Assembly (NCBI GenBank): GCA_945787525.1
Contig: CALZJC010000003.1
Location: forward strand, 4,950-53,494
Direction of reading: 5' to 3'
DNA length: 48,545 bases
Source of the DNA: Thermoanaerobaculia bacterium
GTDB lineage: Bacteria > Acidobacteriota > Thermoanaerobaculia > Multivoradales > JAHEKO01
Shown here: positions 35,596 to 45,314 of the stretch, in pieces
Layout of the letters: every line of letters starts with the position of its first letter
Numbering within the stretch: position 1 is the stretch's first letter
The notes under the pieces: model-generated
The model's input: only the letters and a program-made list of their open reading frames with translations
Database searches by the model: none
What the model was told of the DNA's origin: nothing
Program-made: the position numbers and the translations under genes

Positions 35596-36356
35596 AGCTC
35601 CGGCGAGACCACCAATACCAGCGCGTCGTCATCGAGCGTCGCCTGTCTCACCTTCACCCGGCCGACGTCGAGCGCCAGACCGGACTCGAGCTCGGGCGCC
35701 TCGACGCCCAGCGCCTTCAGCAGGCTCGAGCTCAGCGCCAGCTCGCCGATGCGCAGGTCGATCGGCGGCCCCAGGAGCAGCCGATCCTCCACCGCGGCAG
35801 GTGCGGCGCGCAGCGAGATGTAGATGTCGCCGCCGGAGCCCGACAGCCGCAGCAGCAGCTCGAGGAGCCGCCGCTGGCCGCTGGAGAGACGCTCGGCCGG
35901 CAGCCTTGCCGGCGTCACCACGGCGCCCAGCTCGAGCTCACCGGCGAAGATCTCTGCCCGCACCGCTCTGGTCGCGGCGAGCAGGTTGCGGCCGTCGTCG
36001 TGCTCATAGGCCATGGCCAGGATCAGGCCCTCGAGATCGCGGGCGTCGAGCCGCACCTCGCGTCCCGCGCGCAGGCCGTCGAGGACTATCTTGCCGCGGC
36101 GCTTGACCCGGTCGAGAAACGACTCGTCCGGCGTGCCGTCGTCGGCGGTGACCTCGTCGAGCAGTTCGCGACCGAAGCGGCCGACCAGGCGCTGCTGGGA
36201 GCGCCGCGCGGCGGCCTCGAGATCGGGCTCGAGGGCGTCGGCGGCCCGTGCCTCCACGTACCAGTCGGGCAGCTGGCCTACCTGACTGCCTGTCCACCAA
36301 GCGGTGCCCGCCGCCAGGAGACCGAGGATCAGCAGCAGAAGCAGGACCTTGCGCAT
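35592..36356 (-). CDS. Hypothetical secreted/anchored protein
   Basis: Signal/anchor MRKVLLLLLILGLLAAGTAWW. No recognised domain. Confidence 0.55.
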   Translation of the reverse strand: MRKVLLLLLILGLLAAGTAWWTGSQVGQLPDWYVEARAADALEPDLEAAARRSQQRLVGRFGRELLDEVTADDGTPDESFLDRVKRRGKIVLDGLRAGREVRLDARDLEGLILAMAYEHDDGRNLLAATRAVRAEIFAGELELGAVVTPARLPAERLSSGQRRLLELLLRLSGSGGDIYISLRAAPAAVEDRLLLGPPIDLRIGELALSSSLLKALGVEAPELESGLALDVGRVKVRQATLDDDALVLVVSPEL

Positions 36357-36499
36357 CGCCGCGGAGCTTATCCTGCGTAGTCTGAGAAGCGCCGCGTGGC
36401 GACATCGGGTAGAAAAGTATCAACTTCCTCTCGGGGCCGTTTCTTGCGAGATTCTCACAAGTTGTTCATTTGTAGATACTTAGGGTCGTTCGAGGAGCA

Positions 36500-36514
36500 T
36501 GGCACAGAGCTTGC
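36500..36514 (+). promoter_or_regulatory. Sigma54 (-24/-12) promoter of the minor-pilin operon
   Basis: TGGCACagagcTTGCc matches TGGCAC-N5-TTGC exactly. It lies 28 nt upstream of the GTG start at 36542. Confidence 0.6.
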
Positions 36515-36541
36515 CTTGTGTTGGGAAGGAGGGCAGTGCAA

Positions 36542-37171
36542 GTGAGCGATAGAAAGAGCATCGGACGAGCCACGGGCTTTACGCTGGTCGAGATGATCGT
36601 CGGGGTGGCGATTATCGGGGTCCTCTTCACGCTCGGCGCTCCGGTGGTGATGAGGACGATCCACACGGCGAAAGTGTCGTCGGTGGGCTACGACTGCAAT
36701 ATCACGGTACGTCGGGCCAAATCGGAGGCGATCAAGAAGAACTCGCCCGTTGTGGTGAGGTACGACTCGACCTACGAGCTGCTGACGGCTTTCGTCGACG
36801 TGCACGGCGCGACAGTGAACGATCCGCCGGACTACGCCTTCGCCCCCGATGCCGGCGTCGCTCCCACGGCGACCGATCACGAGGTCAGCCAGTGCGCTCT
36901 GCCCGCCGGCGTGACCTGGGGCGGCCCGACCGATGACGCGGACATCACCGTCGGCTTCACCACCGTGGGCACCGAGAAGCTGGCCATCTTCGAGCCCGAC
37001 GGCACGGTGCAGGACATCGGCACCTTCCGTTTCGGCGACGCCAGGGGCAACTACCTGGCAATCCAGGTCGCCCCGGCGGCTACCGCCCGGGTGACGTTGC
37101 TCAAGTGGGACGAAGAGGACACGAAGTGGAGAGAGCAGGGAGAGGAAGGCAAGAAATGGGTCTGGTTCTAG
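36542..37171 (+). CDS. fimT: Type IV pilus minor pilin, FimT/GspH-like
   Basis: Prepilin cleavage/methylation motif G-FTLVEMIVGVAIIGVLF. GTG 36542 lies 8 nt after GGAAGGAGGG; the track start is 36518. Confidence 0.8.
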   Translation: MSDRKSIGRATGFTLVEMIVGVAIIGVLFTLGAPVVMRTIHTAKVSSVGYDCNITVRRAKSEAIKKNSPVVVRYDSTYELLTAFVDVHGATVNDPPDYAFAPDAGVAPTATDHEVSQCALPAGVTWGGPTDDADITVGFTTVGTEKLAIFEPDGTVQDIGTFRFGDARGNYLAIQVAPAATARVTLLKWDEEDTKWREQGEEGKKWVWF

Positions 37172-37776
37172 ACGCAAGACTGAAGCGCCGGCGCCGCGGC
37201 CGGATGTCGCGCCGGGGTGGCGGCTACTCGCTGGTCGAGGTGCTGCTGGGGCTGCTGATCCTGATGGTCGCGTTGATCGGGCTGATGCCTCTGTTCACCA
37301 AGTCGATCCAGCAGAACCTCGAAGGCAAGCAGTCGACCGAGGCCACCGGTCACGGCCGCACCGAGCTGGAGAACCTGCTGCAGCTGGATTTCAACAACTG
37401 GCTGGTCAACGTCGAGGCGGGCAGCGAGCGCGCCCAGCATCTCTTCTGGACCGAGGGCGACCCCGCCAAGCGCGGCGACGAGTACTGGACCGACACCGAT
37501 CCGGCACCCGTCACCGCCTCCTGGGAGATGTTCGGTGTCGTGCGCCAGTTCGGGATCCAGTCGGTACGTGACGACGACCTCGACGGCGTCATGGAGGTCA
37601 TCGTGGGCCTCGAGGACGACGATCTCGACGGGGTTCTCGACAATCCGCTGGCGGCCGGCTCGCTACCGGCGTTCGTCCATCTGAAGACCCTGGACGTGGC
37701 CCTGCAGAAGCGGGCCAGCTCCGTGACGATGGGCGAGGCCCTGCGGCTCGACCTTCAGACCATCAAGGCCTTCTAG
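37156..37776 (+). CDS. pilV: Type IV pilus minor pilin PilV-like
   Basis: G-YSLVEVLLGLLILMVALIGL motif. ATG 37156 has a GGAGAGGAAGG SD. ATG 37204 would give the usual short leader (MSRRGGG), so the start is uncertain. Confidence 0.75.
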   Translation: MGLVLDARLKRRRRGRMSRRGGGYSLVEVLLGLLILMVALIGLMPLFTKSIQQNLEGKQSTEATGHGRTELENLLQLDFNNWLVNVEAGSERAQHLFWTEGDPAKRGDEYWTDTDPAPVTASWEMFGVVRQFGIQSVRDDDLDGVMEVIVGLEDDDLDGVLDNPLAAGSLPAFVHLKTLDVALQKRASSVTMGEALRLDLQTIKAF

Positions 37777-37797
37777 GGCTTTCAGGAGAGCCAGAAG

Positions 37798-39135
37798 ATG
37801 CGTGGATTCAGAAATCATCATGCCGTTGGTCGCGCGCCGCGGTCGGCCGGTTTCTCGCTCGTCGAGTTGCTGGTCGGCCTGGCGGTGACCTCGATGCTGC
37901 TGCTGGCGATCGTCGGAGTGTTCGACGCTGGCAGCAAGGTCGCTCGGGTCGAGACCCAGGTCTCCGACATGCAGCAGTCGCTGCGGGCCGCGCATCGCCA
38001 GATCACCCGGTTCGTGCATATGGCCGGCCGCGGCGGGCTGGCGCTGGCGCTGCCCAACGTGCCGGTCTTTCAGGGGCCGGCACTGACGGTCCGCAACGCC
38101 GCCGGCGTCGGCGCCGACAACGGCGAGATCGCGGTCGGCTTCGTCGACACGCCGTTCGCGGTCGACGGCAGCGACATCCTGATCGCCAGGGGCGTCTTCA
38201 GCAGCCAGGTCTATCAGGTGGAGACCCTCATCCCGGCCGACTTCACGCTGCTCAACGCGGGCGTGCCGACCGACGATCCCGCCATGGCGACGGATGGCAG
38301 GGTGGTGATTCGAGACCTGACCAACACCGGCGTGGCCCAGGATCTGATGCCGCTCAACGATTCGATCACCGGCAACATTCCCGAGGCCCTGGTCCTGGTC
38401 AGCCAGATGGACGAGGGCATCGTCGCGGTCGTCGAGCTGGATACCGCCAACACCGTCGTGGCGGGCGACCAGATCACCATCGCGTTCAAGGTCCAGGGAA
38501 TGACCCATCCGGAGTACCGCAATCTGTACAACTCCGGCGGCGGCATCCAGCCGGTGCTGCCGGCGGGGCTGACCAGCGTCGCCCACGTCGGCATCCTCGA
38601 GGAGTACCGGTTCTACGTCCGCAAGCCGCCACCGCCGGTGCCGCCAGCGCCGCCGGAAACCTCCAAGCTGTCGCTGGCGCGGATGTTCCCGGGCACCGAG
38701 ATCCCGTATCTGAGCGCCCTCGCCAACGCCGGCGTGGATCTGGCCGACAACGTGCTCGACATGCAGGTGGGGCTCGCCTTCGACTCGGCCCTGGGACCCG
38801 CGGCGACGGACCAGAACGGCGACGGCGAGGTCGACGAGCAGGACATGGAGATCCACGAGTCGATCGATGGCGAGGACGACGACTGGCTGTTCAACACCGA
38901 TCAGGACAGCATCCTGCTGGCGCCCTGGAACGGCACGGCCCCACAGCCGGAGCTCTACTACGTCCGCCTGAGCCTGCTGGCCCGCACCCAGCGCCGCGAG
39001 CGCAACCACCAGGCGCTGGAGCTGGCGGGTTACGAGGACGTCCAGGCGTTGCGCGTCCTGGCCTGGAACACTTTCGAGGAGCGCATGTACAGACGGCGCT
39101 TTCAGCAGACCATCATCGAGCTGAGGAACCTCTAA
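37798..39135 (+). CDS. pilW: Type IV pilus assembly protein PilW-like
   Basis: G-FSLVELLVGLAVTSMLLLAIVGVF prepilin N-terminus. 445 aa. Confidence 0.8.
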   Translation: MRGFRNHHAVGRAPRSAGFSLVELLVGLAVTSMLLLAIVGVFDAGSKVARVETQVSDMQQSLRAAHRQITRFVHMAGRGGLALALPNVPVFQGPALTVRNAAGVGADNGEIAVGFVDTPFAVDGSDILIARGVFSSQVYQVETLIPADFTLLNAGVPTDDPAMATDGRVVIRDLTNTGVAQDLMPLNDSITGNIPEALVLVSQMDEGIVAVVELDTANTVVAGDQITIAFKVQGMTHPEYRNLYNSGGGIQPVLPAGLTSVAHVGILEEYRFYVRKPPPPVPPAPPETSKLSLARMFPGTEIPYLSALANAGVDLADNVLDMQVGLAFDSALGPAATDQNGDGEVDEQDMEIHESIDGEDDDWLFNTDQDSILLAPWNGTAPQPELYYVRLSLLARTQRRERNHQALELAGYEDVQALRVLAWNTFEERMYRRRFQQTIIELRNL

Positions 39136-39701
39136 TGAGACGTTCAATGCCAAACCACCACCGCGCCCAGCGGGGCAGCGTCTACATCATCACCCTGGTG
39201 GTGCTGCTGGTGCTGACCGTGCTCGGCCTGAGCATCGCCCTGATCACTCAAAGCGAGATGCAGATCGGCATCAACGAGCGGCTCGGTGAGACGATGTTCT
39301 ATGCCGCCGGCTCGGGTATCGAAGTGTCGACCGCCAAGGCGCTGGTGATCCCCGATCTGCAGGCCATGCGCATCGACCAGGTCGTGCCGCGCGCGTTGCC
39401 CAACCTCAACGTACGCAACCGGGTGGACGTGTCGCGCTTCCGGCCGATCATGGACTCGCCCTGCGACCTCTGCCAGATCAACGAGGGTCTGGCCTACGCC
39501 AAGCTCCACCACCAGGTAGATGCGACGGCGACGAGAATCGGCTGGCAGGGTGCGGCGACGCCGATACCCGCCAACGTCTCGCCGTTGGCCCAGAAGCGGC
39601 TGGAGGTGATGGTCTCCTTCCAGCCCTGGCCGCTGAACACCCAGGCGATGATCTACGGCATCGGCAATTTCAACCAGACCACCGGCGATTCGGACCTCTA
39701 G
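39135..39701 (+). CDS. pilX: Type IV pilus minor pilin PilX-like
   Basis: PilX_N-type N-terminus QRGSVYIITLVVLLVLTVLGLSIALITQSEMQIGINER...FYAAGSG. TAATG overlap with pilW. Confidence 0.75.
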   Translation: MRRSMPNHHRAQRGSVYIITLVVLLVLTVLGLSIALITQSEMQIGINERLGETMFYAAGSGIEVSTAKALVIPDLQAMRIDQVVPRALPNLNVRNRVDVSRFRPIMDSPCDLCQINEGLAYAKLHHQVDATATRIGWQGAATPIPANVSPLAQKRLEVMVSFQPWPLNTQAMIYGIGNFNQTTGDSDL

Positions 39702-39711
39702 AGCCTGTCCG

Positions 39712-42700
39712 ATGACGTTCGAAAGCGAGGGCAAGACCGTGAGCGCTTCCAGATCGACTGTTCGACACATACTTCCGGCGCTGTTCGTGGCGCTGGCGCT
39801 GGTCGGCCCGGTGGCCGTCGAAGGCGACGACCGCGAGCTGGTCAAGGGCGGTACCCGGGATCCCTACCTGCACGTCATCTTCGACGTGTCGGGCTCGATG
39901 AACTGGCAGCCGCCGCCGCCGGGCGACTCCTGGGCGCCGGGCTACGGCGACGATCCCAACTCCAAGATGTACCAGGCCAAGTCGGCGCTCTACACGGTCG
40001 TCTCCGACCCGACGCTGCGCACCGTGCTCTGGGGTTTCTCGACCTACAACCAGGACTACCTGCAGGTGCACCGCAAGCACTGGATCTACACGCCGCAGAC
40101 CAACCCCCCATGGGTCACTGACGGTCGCATGCCCTACCCGCAGGCCGGCCAGCCAAAGCACTTTGGTGACATGTGCATGGACGACGAGGACGGCAACACC
40201 ACCTGCGATCTGGACGCCATGCATGGCGAGATCACCGGTGCGCGACTCGGCTCGTGCAGCAATCCGCAGGACTTCGACCTCGACGCGACAATCGACGAGG
40301 ACGAGGGCGAGGTCTTCAGCTTTCCGGTCCTGGGCGATCTTGGGACCACCCAGACCGACGAGTGGGTGCGCTTCAACGGCCGCACGTTCAGGCTTCGCTG
40401 GGTGCCGATCTCCGGTGGCTTCGGCGCCGAGACGATCAGCGTCCAGGTCGAGATCAGGGAGCGCTCCGGCAGCTGCTGGGGTCTGGGGCCAGGCCAGACC
40501 GAGACCATAACCTTCGAGCGGGTCTACACCCAGGACCTCAACGGCCGCAACCTGCCCGGCGGCAACGATGTGCTCTTCTGGCAGGGAGACGGCTATACCG
40601 ATCAGGCCGGCAACCCGGCCGGCTTCTGGGGCAACGGCCAGATCCGCGACATGCAGGCCTATGGCACTTGCGAGGGCTGGGAGCCCAACAACGACAGCAG
40701 CCAGGACATCATCAATGGTGTGCGGCTCAAGTACGTGACCCAGGACGACCCACTGAATCGACACTCGAGCGTGCTCGACCGCGGCGATGTGATCCCGCTA
40801 GATTGGCGGGGCAAGGAGGCCTGGGGCGTCCCCAACCGGGACGCCATCCTGCAGCGGCTGAGCCCCAACTACGATCCCGATGATCCGGGTTTCTCGCCCG
40901 ACTTCCGCAGCGCGCCCTACTTCCTGGATAGCCCCAACAACATACTCAACGGACGGTTGGCGCTCAAGCCCGAGTACGTCAACACGCCGCCGCTCATCCC
41001 GCAGGGCGCGACGCCCATCGGCAACTCCATGAAGAACTTCCTGAACTGGTACGACAGCTGGAAGCCGGAGGCCTGCGACCCGGACGACGGTGACCCCTAC
41101 TTCGGCTGCCGTTCGGTGAACCTGCTGATCCTCACCGACGGCGACGAGACCTGCTACGGCGGCAGTCCCGGCGGTCCGTTGCGGGACGGCGGCGGCGACT
41201 ACAACCCGTGTGGCGTCGCCACGCAGCTGCTCACCATGGGCGAGCGCGACATCCGCACCTTCGTCATCGGTTTCGGTGTGGCGGGCAACAACGCCAACTT
41301 CCTCAACTGCATCGCCGTCAACGGCGGCACCGACGCCATCGACCTGGACGATCCGCCGGACGGCATTCCCGAGATCACCGGCCCGATCCTGCCCGGCAAC
41401 GAGCAGGAGCTGGTCGATGCCCTGCGTCAGGTGGTCTCGGTGATCACCGTCGGCGCCCGCTCGTTCAGCTCGGCCGCGGTGCCCCAGGGGCAGGTGAACG
41501 TGCAGGACAAGGTCTATCTGACCAGCTTCCTGCCCGACCGTGAGCTGGTCATCTGGCCGGCCCGGGTGGATGCCTACCTGAAACCGATTCCGCTGGTCGA
41601 GGTCGACATCGAGCTGCCCGACGGCACCCTCGAGAAGCGCAACGTGCCCAACCCGTCGCGCAAGTGCAACACCACCCTGGAGAGCGCCTGCCATCTCTGG
41701 AACGGCGGCGAGCAGCTGCTGGCGCAGGCCGCCGAGGACGCCGAGCTGGTGCCGGGCGACTACAACCTGGGCATGCTCGGGGACCAGCGTCGGGTCTACT
41801 ACGGCGTGGACGAGAGCCCCGGCCTGCCCTGGGGGCGGCTCTTTTTCGCGCCGCCGACCGACCCGGCAACGGAAGACGCGGAGTGGCAGTATCTGCTCGA
41901 GTCGATGGGCATCTGTGCGGCGGGTGACGCGGCGTGCGGCCTGGACCCCGACAGCCGGGACGAGGGCACCGAAGTGCTGGAGTTCACCCATCGCAAGAAG
42001 GCGGGCGACGTGCCCAAGGACGACCCGCGGCTCGAGCCGGAACCGGGGGAGTACATCCTCGGCGACATCTTCCATTCCGATCCGGCGGTTCTCGGCGGTC
42101 CCGACGACTTCCGCTACTGGGTGGCCGACGTCGGCGGCAACGGCAACCAGCCACTGGAGGATTTCTGCGAGGACGATCCGGTCGGATCGCCCGACGGCTA
42201 CCGCTGCTTCTTCGCCGAGCAGCGCAACCGCCGCAAGCTGCTTCTGGCGGGCGCCAATGACGGCCAGGTGCACGCCTTCGACGCCGGCATCTTCCGCGGC
42301 GAGTGCGTGGACAATGCCGCCACCGGCGAGGAGTTCGTCGTCGGCCAGTTCGACAACGGCACCGGCAACGAGGTCTTCTCCTACGTGCCGACTTCGGTGA
42401 TGCCGACCCTGAACGACCTCAAGGACACCGTCCAACAGCAGTTCACCGTCGACGCTCGCATCTCCACGGGTGACGTCTTCATCGACCCCGTGCACGGCGG
42501 CACCCCGGCTGACCGTGAATGGCGTACGGTGATGATGGGTGGGCTGCGCGAGGGCGGCAGCGGCTACTACATGCTCGACGTAACCCATCCCGACACTCTC
42601 GCGGTCTGTGACGGCACCGCCACGATCCCGACGCCGGAGGGCGGGGCCAGCGGCTACGTGCCGTCGTGCGTCGATAACTGCAGCGGTGGTGACGGCGGCA

Positions 42701-44004
42701 GCGACCATCCCTATCCGATGCCGCTCTGGGAGTTCTACGACAACCAGGACTGCGGCACCTACCTGCCCGACGGCCGTTGCGACGACGACCTGAACAACCG
42801 CCCCGACCTCGTCAACAGCTGGTCCGCCGCCACCATTGGCCGGATCCAGGTGCTGGTGGACGACGGCAGCGGCGCCGGCCCGGAGCCCGAGGATCGCTAC
42901 GTCGCGGTTTTCGGCGGCGGCCTGGACACCGAGCGCAAGGACCAGCTGGTGACGGGCGGCAACTATCTCTACATGGTGGACGTCGAGACCGGCAAGGCGA
43001 TCTACAAGCGCCAGCTGATCGACCCGGACAGCTCGGACGATGTCTCCGAGTTGCGGGGCGCCGGCGCCGCGGCCAGCGACCCGGCGGCCGTCGACACGGA
43101 CCAGGACGGCTACCTCGACACGATCTATATCGGCACGACCCGGGGATATCTCTACAAGGCCGACATCTCACAGCCGCGGGAGCTGCTCGACCTCGGCTCG
43201 CTGGGCTTCAAGGTGACCGACACCGACTGGGCGCCGTTTCCCGTTTTCGATAACGACGATCGTCCGATCTACCATCCGCCGGCGGTGGTCTTCGTGGCCC
43301 AGAAGGGCCAGTTCGCGCTGGCATTCGGCACCGGAGATCGCGAGGATCTGTGGTCGCTGTCCACCCAGGAGGGGCGTCTCTACATGATCCTGGACAACAA
43401 CTTCCGGCGCGCCGACTACCTCGCCGGCACGCTGCCCAAGGATGAGAGCGACTACGCCTCACTCGGCAGGATTGACGCGGAAGAGGACCCGAGAGAGACC
43501 GATCTGCTGCGCAACGCGCCTTTCGGCTGGTTCATCACCCTGGATCCGCGTGAGCGAGTCATCACCCGCACCTTCGCACTGGGTGGGGTGACGGTCTTCT
43601 CCTCCTTCCAGCCCACCGAGGAAGTGTCGGAGGAGGGTTCCATCTGCCTGCGACGGGGGAGCAGCCGCGTCTTCGTGGTCAACACCACCAGCGCCGACGC
43701 GCTTCTCGAATCCAGCAAGCGCTACTTTGTCGTCGAGGGCGGCTTCCTCTCGGCGCCGTTCGTCGAGACCGGCGCCACCACCAACCCGGAGGAAGAGTGC
43801 ACCGGGCCGGACTGCGCCGGCACCGATGCCGTCGTGCCGGACAATCTCGATGAGATCATGGACGAGTTGCGGCAGTTGCTGCCGCCTCAGTGCCGGTTCG
43901 CGAACTACACTATCAACATCAAGGCGGTTCGCGACGACACCGGCATCGAGTTCCTGGCGGCGATTCCGGTCTGCACCGTGCGCACCAACTGGAGGGACTT
44001 CTAG
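39712..44004 (+). CDS. pilY1: PilY1-like pilus tip protein with N-terminal vWA domain and C-terminal beta-propeller
   Basis: 1430 aa. MIDAS HVIFDVSGSMNW, LLILTDGDETC, TFVIGFG. C-terminal RYVAVFGGGLD, YLYMVDVETGKAIYK, and the Ca-site-like DTDQDGYLDTIYIGTTRGYLYKADI. Confidence 0.85.
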   Translation: MTFESEGKTVSASRSTVRHILPALFVALALVGPVAVEGDDRELVKGGTRDPYLHVIFDVSGSMNWQPPPPGDSWAPGYGDDPNSKMYQAKSALYTVVSDPTLRTVLWGFSTYNQDYLQVHRKHWIYTPQTNPPWVTDGRMPYPQAGQPKHFGDMCMDDEDGNTTCDLDAMHGEITGARLGSCSNPQDFDLDATIDEDEGEVFSFPVLGDLGTTQTDEWVRFNGRTFRLRWVPISGGFGAETISVQVEIRERSGSCWGLGPGQTETITFERVYTQDLNGRNLPGGNDVLFWQGDGYTDQAGNPAGFWGNGQIRDMQAYGTCEGWEPNNDSSQDIINGVRLKYVTQDDPLNRHSSVLDRGDVIPLDWRGKEAWGVPNRDAILQRLSPNYDPDDPGFSPDFRSAPYFLDSPNNILNGRLALKPEYVNTPPLIPQGATPIGNSMKNFLNWYDSWKPEACDPDDGDPYFGCRSVNLLILTDGDETCYGGSPGGPLRDGGGDYNPCGVATQLLTMGERDIRTFVIGFGVAGNNANFLNCIAVNGGTDAIDLDDPPDGIPEITGPILPGNEQELVDALRQVVSVITVGARSFSSAAVPQGQVNVQDKVYLTSFLPDRELVIWPARVDAYLKPIPLVEVDIELPDGTLEKRNVPNPSRKCNTTLESACHLWNGGEQLLAQAAEDAELVPGDYNLGMLGDQRRVYYGVDESPGLPWGRLFFAPPTDPATEDAEWQYLLESMGICAAGDAACGLDPDSRDEGTEVLEFTHRKKAGDVPKDDPRLEPEPGEYILGDIFHSDPAVLGGPDDFRYWVADVGGNGNQPLEDFCEDDPVGSPDGYRCFFAEQRNRRKLLLAGANDGQVHAFDAGIFRGECVDNAATGEEFVVGQFDNGTGNEVFSYVPTSVMPTLNDLKDTVQQQFTVDARISTGDVFIDPVHGGTPADREWRTVMMGGLREGGSGYYMLDVTHPDTLAVCDGTATIPTPEGGASGYVPSCVDNCSGGDGGSDHPYPMPLWEFYDNQDCGTYLPDGRCDDDLNNRPDLVNSWSAATIGRIQVLVDDGSGAGPEPEDRYVAVFGGGLDTERKDQLVTGGNYLYMVDVETGKAIYKRQLIDPDSSDDVSELRGAGAAASDPAAVDTDQDGYLDTIYIGTTRGYLYKADISQPRELLDLGSLGFKVTDTDWAPFPVFDNDDRPIYHPPAVVFVAQKGQFALAFGTGDREDLWSLSTQEGRLYMILDNNFRRADYLAGTLPKDESDYASLGRIDAEEDPRETDLLRNAPFGWFITLDPRERVITRTFALGGVTVFSSFQPTEEVSEEGSICLRRGSSRVFVVNTTSADALLESSKRYFVVEGGFLSAPFVETGATTNPEEECTGPDCAGTDAVVPDNLDEIMDELRQLLPPQCRFANYTINIKAVRDDTGIEFLAAIPVCTVRTNWRDF

Positions 44005-44877
44005 ATGACGGGACGCAGAGCATGGATCGCCCTCGTGGCGGTTCTGGCGTTGGCTGGCGGAGTCGCGGCGGGGGCCGCAGAGCTGGTGACTCGCGACGGC
44101 CAGGTCATCGAGACTCAGGGACCCTGGGAGGTGCGCGGCAAGCTCCTGGTCTTCAAGCTGACGGACGGCACGCTCGCTTCGCTGCGTCTCGACGAGGCGG
44201 ATCTCCCAGCCAGCGAGGCGCGGGCGCGCGAGAAGGAGCGGCGGGAGCGGCAGCTACGCGAGGCGCCTATGCGGCCGGCGCCCGAGCCGCGGCAGGCGAT
44301 CGTGGTGCTCACCGACAAGGACGTCTCGCACCCGATGGGCCGCGTCGAGGAGTTCGAGCCGGAGGACGTCGCCGGCGACGATCTGGCCGCCGATCCCGGT
44401 GCCGGCGGCCAGGGCGGCGAGGTCAGCGGAGCCGCCGAAGACGCCCAGGGCGCTGCCGAGGATCAGGACGAGGCCCCCGGCGACCCGGTCGCCGGCTCCG
44501 GTCGAGGCGTCCAGGTCGTACAGTGGAGTCAGGAGGCGGAGGGCGAGACCGGTCTGGCGGTGCGGGGCGTCATCCAGAACCTGGGCGGCAGCTTTGCCAC
44601 CAGTCTGAAGGTCAACGCCCTGTTCTACGACGAGGCCGGCGGGCTGGTGGCGGCCCGCGAGGTGGAGTTCGAGGACGGTGCGCTGGGGCCTGGCGCCCGG
44701 CGGGACTTCTCGGTCTCGTTGCCGCACTCGCTGGTCTACGACGAGATCAAGTTCCAGGTCGTCGGCCGGGGCTTCCGCTCGGTCGGTCAGAGTGTGCGGA
44801 CGGGGACGCAGTCCACCAGCCCGGACGAGCCAGTGGAGCCCGAGGTTCCCGAGCAGCTAGCAGCCCGGCCGGCTTGA
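44005..44877 (+). CDS. Secreted acidic protein, C-terminal FxLYD/DUF3426-like beta-sandwich (tentative)
   Basis: The ATG abuts the pilY1 TAG. Signal MTGRRAWIALVAVLALAGGVAAGAA. Asp/Glu/Gly-rich linker. C-terminus VRGVIQNLGGSFATSLKVNALFYDEAGGLV. Confidence 0.6.
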   Translation: MTGRRAWIALVAVLALAGGVAAGAAELVTRDGQVIETQGPWEVRGKLLVFKLTDGTLASLRLDEADLPASEARAREKERRERQLREAPMRPAPEPRQAIVVLTDKDVSHPMGRVEEFEPEDVAGDDLAADPGAGGQGGEVSGAAEDAQGAAEDQDEAPGDPVAGSGRGVQVVQWSQEAEGETGLAVRGVIQNLGGSFATSLKVNALFYDEAGGLVAAREVEFEDGALGPGARRDFSVSLPHSLVYDEIKFQVVGRGFRSVGQSVRTGTQSTSPDEPVEPEVPEQLAARPA

Positions 44878-45068
44878 AGCCGAGGGGCAGGCCCTCTGGA
44901 CGGAGAGCCATCCTGCGCGCGCTGCTTTCGCTGCGTGCTCGGATTCTCCCCTGGGTCGGGCGCCCCTCGCCTCCCGGCCGGCCTCCGGTGATGCCAGCGG
45001 CTTGCAGCGGGCCAAGCCGAAGGAGGGCAAGGAGACCAGCCTATAATCAGTCTCCCGAAGGCTGCGGA

Positions 45069-45314
45069 ATGGGCGAGACTCCGGAGAAGAAGATCGGTGA
45101 CGTCACGGTGCGCCTCCACCGCGATACGTGCATCAGCACCGGCGCTTGCGTCAAGGCGGCGCCCGAGGTGTTGCGCCTCGATTCGCGGCAGTTGGTGACC
45201 TTCACCGAGCCGGTGGGCGAGATCGAGCGCGACCGTCTGGTCGACGCCTGCCAGTTCTGCCCGGTGGGGGCCCTGGAAGCGTTCGACGAGCACGGCGAGC
45301 GGCTGGCGCCGTAG
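45069..45314 (+). CDS. Small ferredoxin (single Fe-S cluster type)
   Basis: 81 aa. C-x5-C...CP pattern (DTCISTGACVKAAP...CQFCPVGAL). The upstream part of the 474-aa track ORF is artefactual. Confidence 0.7.
   Translation: MGETPEKKIGDVTVRLHRDTCISTGACVKAAPEVLRLDSRQLVTFTEPVGEIERDRLVDACQFCPVGALEAFDEHGERLAP

Noticed and set aside
40798-42708. 636-aa minus-strand ORF inside pilY1, and the 364-aa ORF 39670..40764
   Set aside because: They are antisense to a gene with clear vWA/PilY1 motifs, and their composition is typical of antisense frames.
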